A DNA stretch of 58,715 nt from an uncultured virus (IMG/VR IMGVR_UViG_3300021473_000001) (lineage: Duplodnaviria; Heunggongvirae; Uroviricota; Caudoviricetes). Numbering within the stretch: the first letter of the stretch is position 1; each line of letters opens with the position of its first letter. The stretch is from the IMG/VR virus record IMGVR_UViG_3300021473_000001. The stretch is one strand, 5' to 3'. The notes beneath the pieces are model-generated. The model was not told the origin of the DNA. It saw nothing but the letters and a program-made list of their open reading frames with translations, and made no database searches. The translations under genes and the position numbers were made by a program. Shown here piece by piece: positions 38,529 through 49,114 of the stretch.

Positions 38529-38780
38529 TCAACAAACTTCTTCTAATTTTAATAATGCTTTTTTTACACGAGTTTGAATTAGTGCGAGAAAATCACTTCT
38601 CTTGGTAGGATCTTTTTCTTCATATTCAATGACATATTGCAAAATATTTGCAATTTCATGAAAATCATGGCATAATTTATCTCCCATACTTAGTAATGAT
38701 TTATTATTGTTTAAAGATCTATCTCTAAAAAAATAGAAGGAAAGAGAAGTAAATTTACATACTTCCCTTTCAATAAACAA
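38529..38780 (-). CDS. Hypothetical protein
   Basis: ORF fills the gap in the operon; start uncertain. Confidence 0.4.
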   Translation of the reverse strand: MFIEREVCKFTSLSFYFFRDRSLNNNKSLLSMGDKLCHDFHEIANILQYVIEYEEKDPTKRSDFLALIQTRVKKALLKLEEVC

Positions 38781-38784
38781 GGAT

Positions 38785-39228
38785 TTATCTAATTAAATCT
38801 TCATTAAAATCATTAAGATTTGGAACATCTAAAAGATTGATATAACCTTTTTGATTAAGAAGATCCTTCAGTTTCTCTAAATAATTGACTGAATCCATTA
38901 ACTCCTCCTGTAGATGTGTAAGAAAATCATCTGTGTTGTTATCTTTTAGTGTTGTGCCATACTTTTTAATTCCTACAGCACTTCTACTTTTGATTTTTTC
39001 AACTACACTTTCAATAATTGGATCAGTCTTTATAGTAGCTTTTAATTGAATAGACTTATCTAACCACCAATCTCTCTCATAATCTTCTTCTGTAAAGTCT
39101 TCAATTCCATCACTAAGATGCTCTAGGTATAAGATTTCATGCCTGTCAGTCATTATCTCTGCAAATATGGCCATCTTCTCTGTGCCAAACTTTTTCTCTA
39201 ATCTATCAAATAATTCTTTGTTATACAT
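38785..39228 (-). CDS. Protein with a C-terminal MazG-like helical domain
   Basis: RSAVGIKKYGTTL...HLQEELMD...Y. Confidence 0.55.
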   Translation of the reverse strand: MYNKELFDRLEKKFGTEKMAIFAEIMTDRHEILYLEHLSDGIEDFTEEDYERDWWLDKSIQLKATIKTDPIIESVVEKIKSRSAVGIKKYGTTLKDNNTDDFLTHLQEELMDSVNYLEKLKDLLNQKGYINLLDVPNLNDFNEDLIR

Positions 39229-39775
39229 ATTGTTTTATTTTATCAAGGTTTAACGTCTCATTTTCAATATTAAACATATGCCACACTTCTTGATCTTTAC
39301 CAAATGCCACTCCTAACTTATCCTGCCAATACTTTATCATTTCTTTATCTTTAGTAAAGATTAGATATTGTATAGACCACTCTTCTTTCTTAAGTCCATT
39401 TGTCTTAATCTCTAGTTTATCTTTAAATAAGGCTCTAAACTTAGAAGAAGTCTTAGAATACTTACCAGTTCTAATTAGATCAAAATCTGGCTTAAACTTA
39501 GCATCTAATTCATAAGCCACTACAACATATCCATCTTCATAATCATAATCCTCTATGATAGATTTTGTACGTTCATATTCAGCATCAAGAAAGTTTCGAA
39601 ACTTATCAAGATTCTTAGGTTTAAAGAGAAGATATACAGCATTTTCATACTGTACATCTCTTCTTTTATCTACAGAATAGCCATTGATAAACTCAAATCC
39701 AACATTTAATAACATATCTCTAGGAATATTTAATGTAGGAACCATAAATATACTAGTTATTGTTCTTTCTATCAT
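39221..39775 (-). CDS. Hypothetical phage protein
   Basis: Coupled ORF; GKYSKTS motif. Confidence 0.65.
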   Translation of the reverse strand: MIERTITSIFMVPTLNIPRDMLLNVGFEFINGYSVDKRRDVQYENAVYLLFKPKNLDKFRNFLDAEYERTKSIIEDYDYEDGYVVVAYELDAKFKPDFDLIRTGKYSKTSSKFRALFKDKLEIKTNGLKKEEWSIQYLIFTKDKEMIKYWQDKLGVAFGKDQEVWHMFNIENETLNLDKIKQYV

Positions 39776-40830
39776 CCTTTAATGTTTACTATTCCATTGT
39801 TTATATAATTCTCTCTGGACATATTCCATACATTGTTGTCAATGGCCCATTTGAGATTGTCAATTAACTTAGCTACTCCTATATAATCTCTTCCTTTATG
39901 ACTAAACCCAAGAAGAGCATCTGCCAAATCTTCATTAGTCAATGTATAGATAAGAGGATTAAAATAGTTAGTGCTGTCACAGACAATAAACTTAGGAGGT
40001 AACACTGTATAATCAGAAAGATCTTCATTACTCCAGCCTGGTTTTGTCATCTCTTGAGCTGCACGATAATATATATAAGCCTGAATGAAGGCCCTGCGAT
40101 AGAGATAATACTCCTCATAGAAGTTCTCAACAGCCCATACACATTTCAAGTCATACACCTGTACAGTCTTTAGTTCATGGTCGATTATTATTTTGTCCAT
40201 CATTCCCTTAAATAAATGACCTCCTACAGCAAATCCTTCCACTTGACATTGATTTCTGACAGAATAACGAACACTACTTACCAGAGTAATAATATCCTTT
40301 GTAACAAAGTTGAATTTAAGCTCATTTACAACCTTCTCAGCATTGGTTACATCCTGAGTGGTAAGAACAGATAGATTGTTAGCTCTAACTCTCCTAATCT
40401 CCTCATAATAGATCTCTGCATCACTTCCTACAAACTTCCCAATGACAGCCTCATATTTAATCTTAAATCCACTTTCAACATAAGCATCTCTACTAATGTC
40501 TTCAAACATTCTGATAACATCTCCATCTTCATTTGTAGCTTCTTTTGTATATTTATACAAAGCTTCTACAAATTCAAGCATCAATCCTGTAGGAGCTCCT
40601 GCACAGGCAGACATATAAAACCTACTATCAAATAGTTCAGGTTCTAAAAGTAACGTCTCAACGACTCTTCCCATAAGAGCTGCCTGACTATCCTTATCTT
40701 CAACATTCTCATTGAGAATATATTTCTTGAAATACTTCTTCCTATCCATAGAGAAATCTTTCAAACTTGAACTACTGTCAAGATAGATTGCCCTATAAGT
40801 TGCTTCTGTTTTTGATATTCCTGTAATCAT
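39772..40830 (-). CDS. PD-(D/E)xK exonuclease (ExoVIII-like)
   Basis: SSSSLK, G..V..LLLEP, KGMMDKI...YDLK, Y..QAYIY. Confidence 0.75.
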   Translation of the reverse strand: MITGISKTEATYRAIYLDSSSSLKDFSMDRKKYFKKYILNENVEDKDSQAALMGRVVETLLLEPELFDSRFYMSACAGAPTGLMLEFVEALYKYTKEATNEDGDVIRMFEDISRDAYVESGFKIKYEAVIGKFVGSDAEIYYEEIRRVRANNLSVLTTQDVTNAEKVVNELKFNFVTKDIITLVSSVRYSVRNQCQVEGFAVGGHLFKGMMDKIIIDHELKTVQVYDLKCVWAVENFYEEYYLYRRAFIQAYIYYRAAQEMTKPGWSNEDLSDYTVLPPKFIVCDSTNYFNPLIYTLTNEDLADALLGFSHKGRDYIGVAKLIDNLKWAIDNNVWNMSRENYINNGIVNIKG

Positions 40831-40834
40831 TGTT

Positions 40835-41086
40835 TTAATTTAATGGTGATTTAGTTTGCATCTGTCTATAAGCGGTAATAATGCTCTCACTCATCATTCT
40901 CACTTTCATAGGAACTTGTTTAAAGAACCATCTTACTTCATAGTAATACGATCTTCCTTCCTCATCCTCTCCTTGTGGATCTATCAGCCAAAACTTATGT
41001 TCTTTTCCTTTATAAGTAATGCTGCCTTCATACCAAACCTCCGTAAATGAAGGCTTGGCATTTAGCTTTAATTCCATGTCAGTCAT
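40835..41086 (-). CDS. Hypothetical protein
   Basis: Likely start MTDMELK overlapping the upstream stop. Confidence 0.55.
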   Translation of the reverse strand: MTDMELKLNAKPSFTEVWYEGSITYKGKEHKFWLIDPQGEDEEGRSYYYEVRWFFKQVPMKVRMMSESIITAYRQMQTKSPLN

Positions 41087-41330
41087 CTTTTGATTTTTGT
41101 TTAACATCAGGAACCCATTTGTAAGACCACAGACAGTAATCTTTACCATAAAAACTTTTCTGAGACTCACTTTTTTTTACTATGTTATTTAATAGTTGAG
41201 CAGGTGTAAGTGTCATCACTTCTCCCATGTAAGTCACTTCATAGTTGTCTCTAGCTGACATACAACGTTTTACATTGTAGTCACGGAGGTCTATGTTTCC
41301 CCATTTACATTCTGTTATGGTTGATTTCAT
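41079..41330 (-). CDS. Hypothetical protein
   Basis: Coupled ORF. Confidence 0.6.
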   Translation of the reverse strand: MKSTITECKWGNIDLRDYNVKRCMSARDNYEVTYMGEVMTLTPAQLLNNIVKKSESQKSFYGKDYCLWSYKWVPDVKQKSKDD

Positions 41331-41749
41331 ATTTTTAACAATTTACATATAAAACGAAATTCATTTATTGATTTACATTCACCATCATATTCTATATTAC
41401 CTTCGTCATCTGTTATTTGTACAGCAACAAGAGCACTTTGATAATGTGCAGGAGGATTAGGCCAGATAGTCACTTGATGATTATTTTTACCATAACCATA
41501 TGTAACTGCTCCATCATATCCTTTTCCTATCCACTTCTATCCTTCAGCTTCTATTTGTTCTTTAGTGAGATAGGAAGTTCTGAGTAAACCTTCTTGAATA
41601 TAGAAATCAAGTCCTTCAAAATCAAGATATGCCACAATTTTAGTTGGATACCATCCATCTCCTGAAGAAGAATAATTCTTTTCAAACTCATACCCAAATC
41701 TGAAATCTTCTATATCTGGAACAAAATATTCATTATATTCATTTTTCAT
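41327..41749 (-). pseudogene. Phage ORF interrupted by a single in-frame TAG (41537-41539)
   Basis: The frame continues 69 sense codons past EQIEAEG* to an ATGA overlap with the next gene. Confidence 0.7.
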
Positions 41750-42110
41750 TTTTAGTTTTTTCATTGTGACAAGTTTCACATAAACATTGTAATCCATCTA
41801 CTTCACAGAACAGTCTTTCAACAAATCCTGGGAGATCATTAGCACATAATAAGGTTCCTGCAGAAACAATATGATCAATGTTTATGAACTTTTCAGGAAA
41901 CCATTTCTTACATAGGTTGCACTGATATTCAAATTTCTGTCGTCTTCCTGGTCCTTTGTATGGTCGTTTAGCTGATGCTTTAGCTATAGAGATTGGTTTC
42001 CAAAATCTTGATTTCTGACGTAGGGCACTGCGTATAAACGACCAGAAAGCACTCTGTGTCATCGTGCCATTACATCTGGGCTTTTCTTTTAATATTCGTT
42101 TCTTAGCCAT
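41739..42110 (-). CDS. HNH endonuclease-like protein
   Basis: CNLC...IDHI...LQCLCETCH..KT. Confidence 0.75.
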   Translation of the reverse strand: MAKKRILKEKPRCNGTMTQSAFWSFIRSALRQKSRFWKPISIAKASAKRPYKGPGRRQKFEYQCNLCKKWFPEKFINIDHIVSAGTLLCANDLPGFVERLFCEVDGLQCLCETCHNEKTKNEK

Positions 42111-42124
42111 AAATAATTAAATTA

Positions 42125-42159
42125 GTGATGCCTAAGATACAAAGATCTTAGGACATCAC
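42125..42159. terminator. Stem-loop downstream of rIIB
   Basis: GTGATG-CCTAAGAT/ATCTTAGG-A-CATCAC. Confidence 0.55.
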
Positions 42160-42170
42160 CGTTTTTTAAT

Positions 42171-42468
42171 CTATTTAATTAGAGAAACTCTGGTAGAAAT
42201 AGCAGCTTGCATTTCATCAAGAGAACTGACAATATATCCTACAGTTGATGCAGATAGTTTTGGAATATTGAATGTATGACGTTGCACTTCTTCAGCAAAA
42301 CTGTTCTGTACATAGTCTATCAGACCTTCCTGGCATTCTTCTTCAAAGATGTCTCCAAGATCTGTTACATCAAACTCATCATCGTCCAAAATATATTTCT
42401 CATCCTCAGGAAGTGTTGTTGCAAAGAACCATCTACATACTCTCAACTTACCAACTTCATTCAATGGT
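42171..42468 (-). CDS. rIIB: rIIB-like protein, exon 2
   Basis: The spliced junction restores INPIDVLAV-PLNEVGKLRVCRW. Confidence 0.85.
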
Positions 42469-43534
42469 CGATTATGTTATCGTAAAGGCTTTTTATCCTC
42501 TACTTCTTATAGTTTCCTATAAGTCCAGCATATATTTTCATCCTAAAAACTTAGGATGTCGGACACTCGTGGTGGTTTATATTCTTATTTCTAAGTTTCA
42601 CCCACTATGCGTTACACTGACACAGATTTATTACTTTCTGTGTTTAGCTCGGTATTTTCTTGGATAATCTTATTGTATTTGCCTTTTGAATACGCAAATC
42701 TATTTTTGATTTCTTATCTTTAATTATTTGTAGAACTTCTTCTTGTGTTATTTCTTTTTGAAATATTAAATACTTTTTCAGTACATAACTTTCATGTTTT
42801 AAATATCCCCATAATCTTCCTTTTTTAGGATTTTCTGGAAAGAAAAATTTATCACAATCCACACCACTTTCAAATATTTTATATAACTCTCCTACTTTAT
42901 CATAACAATAAATCTTCTTTTTAGTAGGACAACTATTTTTTAAAATTTGAATAGTTTTTTCTGTTGGTGCTTTTCCTAATTTGCTTTCTGAAATAAGAGA
43001 TTTTGTATAATCTGAGACAATTTTATTTAAATTAGCATCTCTAATTTTATCTTTAGTTATTTGTGTATGAGGAACTCCTAATTGAGAGTTACCTTTGATC
43101 CTTAAATTATATCCTTCATAATAACTATTATAAAATTTTATCCAAAAATTTTCTCTTTCTATACATTTATCAGAATCACATTTTTCTACAATTTCAAATC
43201 TAAGACCATTTAAACCATATTTATTTATCACTCTTTGTAAATTAATATTATCATGACAATTGTTAGTAAGTTCTGTTAAATGTTTTTTCCATCTAACTAA
43301 GAATCCACTATCATATTTTCTTTTAATACTAATTCTAGAAGCACTTCCTATATATATTTTTTCAGGATTATATTTATGATATATTTTATATATTCCCGTT
43401 AAAAGAAGTTCTTCTTTTGAATGTAGTGTATGGCTAAGTATTTGCATACTATAAAGTTAATAAAATTTCTTTAGAATTCACCGATTTTGCCCAATTTTTA
43501 AATCTATATTACTATAGAAAGCGGCACTTATGCT
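42469..43534 (-). ncRNA. Group I intron in rIIB carrying a GIY-YIG endonuclease
   Basis: P1 GCGGU/GCCGC with U-G pair at the 5' site, P7 GCAUA/UAUGC, terminal G; splicing restores the frame. Confidence 0.88.
42644..43447 (-). mobile_element. Intron-encoded GIY-YIG homing endonuclease
   Basis: TGIYKI...IYIGSA, RW..H, GYN, NUMOD3-like repeats. Confidence 0.9.
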
Positions 43535-44631
43535 ACCGCAAGCACATCAATTGGATTAATAATCATAAGAATTGGTGTATCACCAAATCCACTATAATCA
43601 TATTCCTTACTGGCACTGTGAAACCCTTTACTACAGGAAACAGTGTTGTTATCATCTCCCATGTGTCTGGGCATACTCACTGACTTCCCTACTCTGTAAT
43701 CAAAACTTCCTGTATGAGCATCTGTATAGCTATTACCTTTTGTAGAGGCTAGTTCTTTATACAATGTGTCAAGATTTCCTATAATAGTTCCAGATATACT
43801 ATGTTTAACATCCTCAAGATGGAGAATGTCGTCCTCTAGTTTAACAACTCTAAAGCTATCAGGTCTTTTCTTCCAGACAGCTTTCACCTTATTATAAGCA
43901 TTGCTAACAAAATCAACAAATTCTTGATCTGTTTCATCTCTTACACTTACAACCCTACGATACGCATAGAAGTTACCATGTCTGTCAATCCTAAATTGAT
44001 GTTTCGAAAGGAATGTATAAAGATCCTCTGCACTTTGGGCATTAGGATTTAAACAACATTTCAACCAAAACTTCTTTAAAGATTGATAATATGATGTCAT
44101 AGTAACATCATCATATTGGTTATTGTTGAAGATAGAAGAGAATTCCTCTATCAGCAGTTCAGGAATACTCCTGTCAACTCCTACCATATACAAAGCATCA
44201 TTACGAAATTCAAACTCTCCACTCTCTACGAGTAGATCGATATTACTACGTATCTTCTCAACTTTAGCTGTTTCCTTAATCATCCTGTCTAATTCCTTAC
44301 GACCTTCGGGACTACTGATAACATGTAAAACCTCGTTCTCAGATATTGCATTACGCACTTTCATAAAATCATCATAAGTACTGTTACATTTGCTTATGAC
44401 AGATCCATCGTTCAGGATGATAGTCAACACATCGTTGACCAGTTTAACCTTCTTGTAAGATTTAATAAGTCCTAATGTACCAGAACTTACATTGAACGGT
44501 GTTGGTTCTTTATAAACCAACTGTGCTATAGTCTTGGCTTCAACATTTTTAATTTCTTGCTGAAGTTTGTCAACTCTCTTTTCTAATTCTTCTTTATTGG
44601 ACTTAAACCAATTCATACTAAATAAACTCAT
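43535..44631 (-). CDS. rIIB: rIIB-like protein, exon 1
   Basis: Follows rIIA; LYTFL...GNFYAYR, YTDAHTG, MPR, CSKGFH. Confidence 0.85.
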
Positions 44632-44652
44632 AATTTTTGGTTTTTAAATTGT

Positions 44653-46995
44653 TTATGCTACTTCTAATTCTAATGATTCTTCTTCAATTATTACTTCTTC
44701 TTCTTCAGCATCTTCAACGATATCCAGACGCTCAATTGGTTTTGGTTCTACCTTATCATAATTATCAACATCTATTCTATGTTTATAATATTTAAACATG
44801 TCAACAAGCAGTTGATAAGTTTCATTAGTCTTAAACCCATGAGAGTTATATGAATACCCTGAACCATTATTCCCTTCACTTTGCTTTAGAATTACATTAA
44901 TCCATTTTAGCTTTTCCAGAAGTTGTTTGATTTCTAAATATATTGTATAAATAGAATAATCAAATAACTTATGTGTTTCAGCAACTTCTAACATAGTCTT
45001 GTATATTACAGCATTGGCACTGTTGAAGTTGCTGTCTCTATAACGATGTAATTCTACAAGTTTAGTGTGAAGATCTGCAGATATAGGTTTGAGATGATGT
45101 TTCTTACCAAATACCTGGTCTTGCTCAAGCATCAATGCATTGATCACATAAGCTGTTACAAGACGCTTAAATGGCATATTTTTACCTTCCATAAATTTGT
45201 CATAAGATATAAAATTGTGAATATTCAAGTCTTTAATCACCTTCATTTCTCTATCAGAGAAAGCAACAAATCTTGTTTTACTTTTTCTTGATATAGAATA
45301 TAGAGGATCTAGTTTATCAGCATCATCGTAAGATGTATAAACTGTGATTCCTTTATATTTATGAAGAGTTTCAAGATCTAATGTAACTGGTACAAGTTTA
45401 GAGCTCTTACCAGAAACATACCTTTCAAGATCAACACATATTTTACCAAAGATTTGTCCTGTAAGCTTGACTCTTCTGCCACTTTTAGCATTATCACTAG
45501 TCCTTTTCATCTTTCTGTTATCTAACCAGGCTTTAGGAATAACAATAGCATCAAAATCTTTAAACTTACTGGTATATACAGCTTGAATCTGTTGGAATTC
45601 CTGAATAACCTTTCTCCAGAGATGTTTAGGATAAGAGCCTAAGTTTAAAATCTTATAATATGTATCGAAATTTATAAGAGTATGCTTTTTTCCTAGTTTA
45701 AAAGGTCTGACTTTCTTCACAAAATGATAGCAATCTCCACCAAGAATACTTTTCATATATTCTCGTTTGTTTCCTGAGACTTTATCTGTAAAGACAAAGA
45801 AATGTACATCATCAATATCTTTGATACTAATAGATTTATTGTTTTCATGAATTTTACCTCTCGTGTAAGTATATTTTTCATAATATTCACTTACTAAATG
45901 ATGCTTATTCTCACATACATCCTTGAGATCTAAATACTTAACGCCTTTAAGCGTAGGAGTTTTAATACTATTCGAAGCAAAGGGTAGCAATGTAACAATG
46001 TTAATGATCTTATTATCTATGGTTATTACTCTGTCTTTTGTGCCATAATATGAAAAGATAACAGATAAATCTTCAGTCTCTTTAAACTGAGAATTATATT
46101 TATCTATAAAATCATTGGCCAGCAAAGCAATCTTATTAAGAATAATATTTTTCACATCAGGAGTGTATCTCAAGGATTCCCTGTTAGGAGTAGGAAAGAT
46201 TCCATCTTTAAGACTAAACCTTAGTCCTACTGGTACATCGATTCTATTAATTCCCAACTTACCAAAATCAAGAGGATAATAAACATTGTCTAAACAGAGA
46301 TGTAATTCACCTGTAGATGATAAATCAGAATATTGAAAATGTTCACTGCGATGAATTAAGAAGTCATTACTTATATAATTATCACAATCGAAATACACAT
46401 TTTCAAAATATGCCAACTGTTCATTGATCTTACTAATAAATGAATATTTATCACCACCCTTTAAAGGAATCATGACCTTTACACCAGATACTTCATTTGT
46501 TGGTTGTTCGTGTAAGAGATCAATCGTATTACCATCTTCTCCTTCATACATCATATACTTGCGTTCTATGCCATTCTTCCTGCAGAGAAAGTAAAATGCA
46601 CTTGTGTATGCAAGAGGAGCCTTAAAGCCTAGTCCCATCATACCTAGTGATCCTTCTTCTTCTCTTGCAAGACTCTTGCCATATTTACTGATAATATTTT
46701 TAACATCATCAGCATCAAGACCAACACCAAAATCCTCTACAGAGAATTCATAACTGTATTGATCATTCATTTTAAGCGAAACAACAATTGGCTTGTCAAC
46801 TCCAGCTCTTCTATGACTGTCCAGGGCATTACTTGCTAACTCCCTGACAGTAGAACCAATCTCATCTGAATAGAGATTTTTACTTAACATCTGCATCAAT
46901 ATCTGAGCAGAATCTAAGTCTAGTGACATTGCAATCGATTCTTTCTCTTCTCCTTCTGTAAAGACTTGCGATTCTTTTTGCTTTTCTAAAATCAT
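44653..46995 (-). CDS. rIIA: rIIA-like protein (GHKL ATPase N-terminus)
   Basis: LYSD...VRELASNALDSH, VEDFGVGL, GMMGLGFKAPLAY, PTPNRESL. Confidence 0.85.
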   Translation of the reverse strand: MILEKQKESQVFTEGEEKESIAMSLDLDSAQILMQMLSKNLYSDEIGSTVRELASNALDSHRRAGVDKPIVVSLKMNDQYSYEFSVEDFGVGLDADDVKNIISKYGKSLAREEEGSLGMMGLGFKAPLAYTSAFYFLCRKNGIERKYMMYEGEDGNTIDLLHEQPTNEVSGVKVMIPLKGGDKYSFISKINEQLAYFENVYFDCDNYISNDFLIHRSEHFQYSDLSSTGELHLCLDNVYYPLDFGKLGINRIDVPVGLRFSLKDGIFPTPNRESLRYTPDVKNIILNKIALLANDFIDKYNSQFKETEDLSVIFSYYGTKDRVITIDNKIINIVTLLPFASNSIKTPTLKGVKYLDLKDVCENKHHLVSEYYEKYTYTRGKIHENNKSISIKDIDDVHFFVFTDKVSGNKREYMKSILGGDCYHFVKKVRPFKLGKKHTLINFDTYYKILNLGSYPKHLWRKVIQEFQQIQAVYTSKFKDFDAIVIPKAWLDNRKMKRTSDNAKSGRRVKLTGQIFGKICVDLERYVSGKSSKLVPVTLDLETLHKYKGITVYTSYDDADKLDPLYSISRKSKTRFVAFSDREMKVIKDLNIHNFISYDKFMEGKNMPFKRLVTAYVINALMLEQDQVFGKKHHLKPISADLHTKLVELHRYRDSNFNSANAVIYKTMLEVAETHKLFDYSIYTIYLEIKQLLEKLKWINVILKQSEGNNGSGYSYNSHGFKTNETYQLLVDMFKYYKHRIDVDNYDKVEPKPIERLDIVEDAEEEEVIIEEESLELEVA

Positions 46996-47005
46996 GTTTT
47001 TAATT

Positions 47006-47713
47006 TTAAATGTCTAACCAATCAATTGTTTCATTATTAGTATCCTTTAATATCTTGTTGACTTTTCTAAAGACTCCTTCAGAATCCCACTCACTTCCAG
47101 TATAACTTGCACTGGCAGGATGTGACACTTTAAATGTCCAGGTGAATGGAGCTACATATCTTTCAATTTTTGTAGCTTCTTTACCAAGAAAGATAATAGG
47201 TACTCTCAATACATCTAACACTTCTTCAAACAGATATTTCATAAATGGCTCCCATAAAAGATTGTGACTGCCTGCTTTTCCCATCTCAACAGTGAGTCCA
47301 GCATTTAACATTAATACCCCTTGCTGAGCCAAATAGCTTACATCAGGATTCTTGTGATAGTTAACATTAACACCATCATATAGTTCTTTCTCTATAGCTT
47401 CATAAAACTTTTCCAAGGAAGGTTGCAGCTGTTCTGTTACACTACATCCCATTAACAGGCCATCAGCTATTGGCTGATCATTCTTAAATGTATGGTAAGA
47501 ACACATCCCTACCATAATTGCTTTAAGATCATCAAATGGAGTCTCAAGAAAACACCTAAAAGTGTTAGAAGAGAGAGGGGCTATCTTTTTGCCCCTCCCT
47601 CCTTCTTTCTTGAGAAATTCATAGATCTTATCACATTCTGCACTTTCGATAAATGGCTTAATCTTTCTGTGCCAGCTCTCGTGAAAATAATTCTGAAAAT
47701 TCTCAAATTTCAT
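47006..47713 (-). CDS. ung: Family 1 uracil-DNA glycosylase homologue with an altered catalytic motif
   Basis: GMCSYH (for GQDPYH), PSL, QGVLMLN..LTV, SH..W, SHPAS. Confidence 0.85.
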   Translation of the reverse strand: MKFENFQNYFHESWHRKIKPFIESAECDKIYEFLKKEGGRGKKIAPLSSNTFRCFLETPFDDLKAIMVGMCSYHTFKNDQPIADGLLMGCSVTEQLQPSLEKFYEAIEKELYDGVNVNYHKNPDVSYLAQQGVLMLNAGLTVEMGKAGSHNLLWEPFMKYLFEEVLDVLRVPIIFLGKEATKIERYVAPFTWTFKVSHPASASYTGSEWDSEGVFRKVNKILKDTNNETIDWLDI

Positions 47714-47715
47714 AA

Positions 47716-48516
47716 TTAATCAAATAATAAAAGTTGTTTTACTCTAGGATCCTCATGAATGCTATCTATAGGAATAGTGATAAGAGGTTTTGGTGTAGTC
47801 ATCAATTCAGATACCTCTGTGAAGAACTGATGAGCTGCCATATGATCTTCAATCCATCTACCTGGATGAATAGCTCCAATTGCAAAAGTTGTGTGATTGT
47901 AGAGCTCCCAAAGGCTACTAGGAGAGTTATAATCATGTGTAGGCTTATCAAGCTCACGTTTGATGATGTTTAATTGAGTAGATTCGATGAATTGCTCCTC
48001 TATGTACATGCGTCCTATCAATTCTGCTGTCACTCGTTTATCTATCTCCACCTGTTTCATCCTGTCTCTGTCATATTGAAGAGCTGAGAAGACCTCTCCT
48101 GCTTGTTTGATGTATTCACCAATCTTCTGAGGAGCCAGAGTTTGAATTTCTCCCATATGTTTTTTCTTAAAAGCATTCATAGCTCTAAAGGAGACCATTC
48201 CATTGGTACATACCAAGACTACAGCCCCCACACAGAATTCTAGTCTTAACATCTTGTTGTAGCTGTTCTGCCACATAATCTGCAATTGCATTTCTGTATC
48301 TGCAACATTACTAATGTTAAATCTACCATGAGCCATCTGTCCATCTTTGGCTGATGAATAGAGTTCTTTATCAAGAATAAACCCTGCTTGGTGAATACCT
48401 TCAAGAGTAAGGTCAATTAATTGTTCATGTGCCACTGGTTTGTATGTCCTTGTGATCTGAGGAATTTCAGCACTAATCAATAACTCCTTTGTTGTTGTGT
48501 AAGTTACGCCTTTCAT
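47716..48516 (-). CDS. DUF932-like protein
   Basis: YKPVAH, NSYNK, VCTNGM, SLWELYN..T. Confidence 0.7.
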   Translation of the reverse strand: MKGVTYTTTKELLISAEIPQITRTYKPVAHEQLIDLTLEGIHQAGFILDKELYSSAKDGQMAHGRFNISNVADTEMQLQIMWQNSYNKMLRLEFCVGAVVLVCTNGMVSFRAMNAFKKKHMGEIQTLAPQKIGEYIKQAGEVFSALQYDRDRMKQVEIDKRVTAELIGRMYIEEQFIESTQLNIIKRELDKPTHDYNSPSSLWELYNHTTFAIGAIHPGRWIEDHMAAHQFFTEVSELMTTPKPLITIPIDSIHEDPRVKQLLLFD

Positions 48517-48527
48517 TTTTGTTGGTT

Positions 48528-48779
48528 TTAATAATTGTTTTCTAAATTTCTAATAGCTATTTGTTGTATTTCATCCATATCTTCCTTACCAATTAAGGAT
48601 ATGATATTCACACCACCTACGATTACTTCGTAGATGTCAAAGTCTCCTCCTTCTTCAGGATAACCAGGATCTCCATTAGAGAGATAATACACCGCTGGTC
48701 TATATGGAGTAGCTTCATAAGATACTTCCATCTCTATGTCATCATCACCAAAGGTGATATTCACTGTACCTGTACTCAT
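48528..48779 (-). CDS. Hypothetical acidic protein
   Basis: Y..NGDPGYPEE motif; likely start MSTGT. Confidence 0.55.
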   Translation of the reverse strand: MSTGTVNITFGDDDIEMEVSYEATPYRPAVYYLSNGDPGYPEEGGDFDIYEVIVGGVNIISLIGKEDMDEIQQIAIRNLENNY

Positions 48780-49114
48780 TTTAGTTAAATTTAATCCAAT
48801 AAACAGGTAATCCTTGTTCAGCAAACTCTTTTGTTACAATTCTCCTGGCTTCATCGGGAGAGGTAGCTTCAACAGATCTTGAATACTTTTGATGATTGTC
48901 ATCTTCATCCTCGTTAGGATCTGCACTCATAATTGTCATGTGATATTTCATATCTCGTTAAAATAATTAATTATTTGTTGTTGTAATTTTTGTGCTTCTT
49001 CAAATGTGTCTCTAGTTGCTATTCCTTCAGGAACATCGCATTGGAAAAATGATTCTTCTCCATCTTCATCCATTTCACATTTTTCAATTTCTATCCAGAC
49101 TTTGTAATATACTT

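Noticed and set aside
42171..42464. Stand-alone 97-aa ORF (and likewise 55030-55299)
   Set aside because: These are second exons of rIIB and dnaB.
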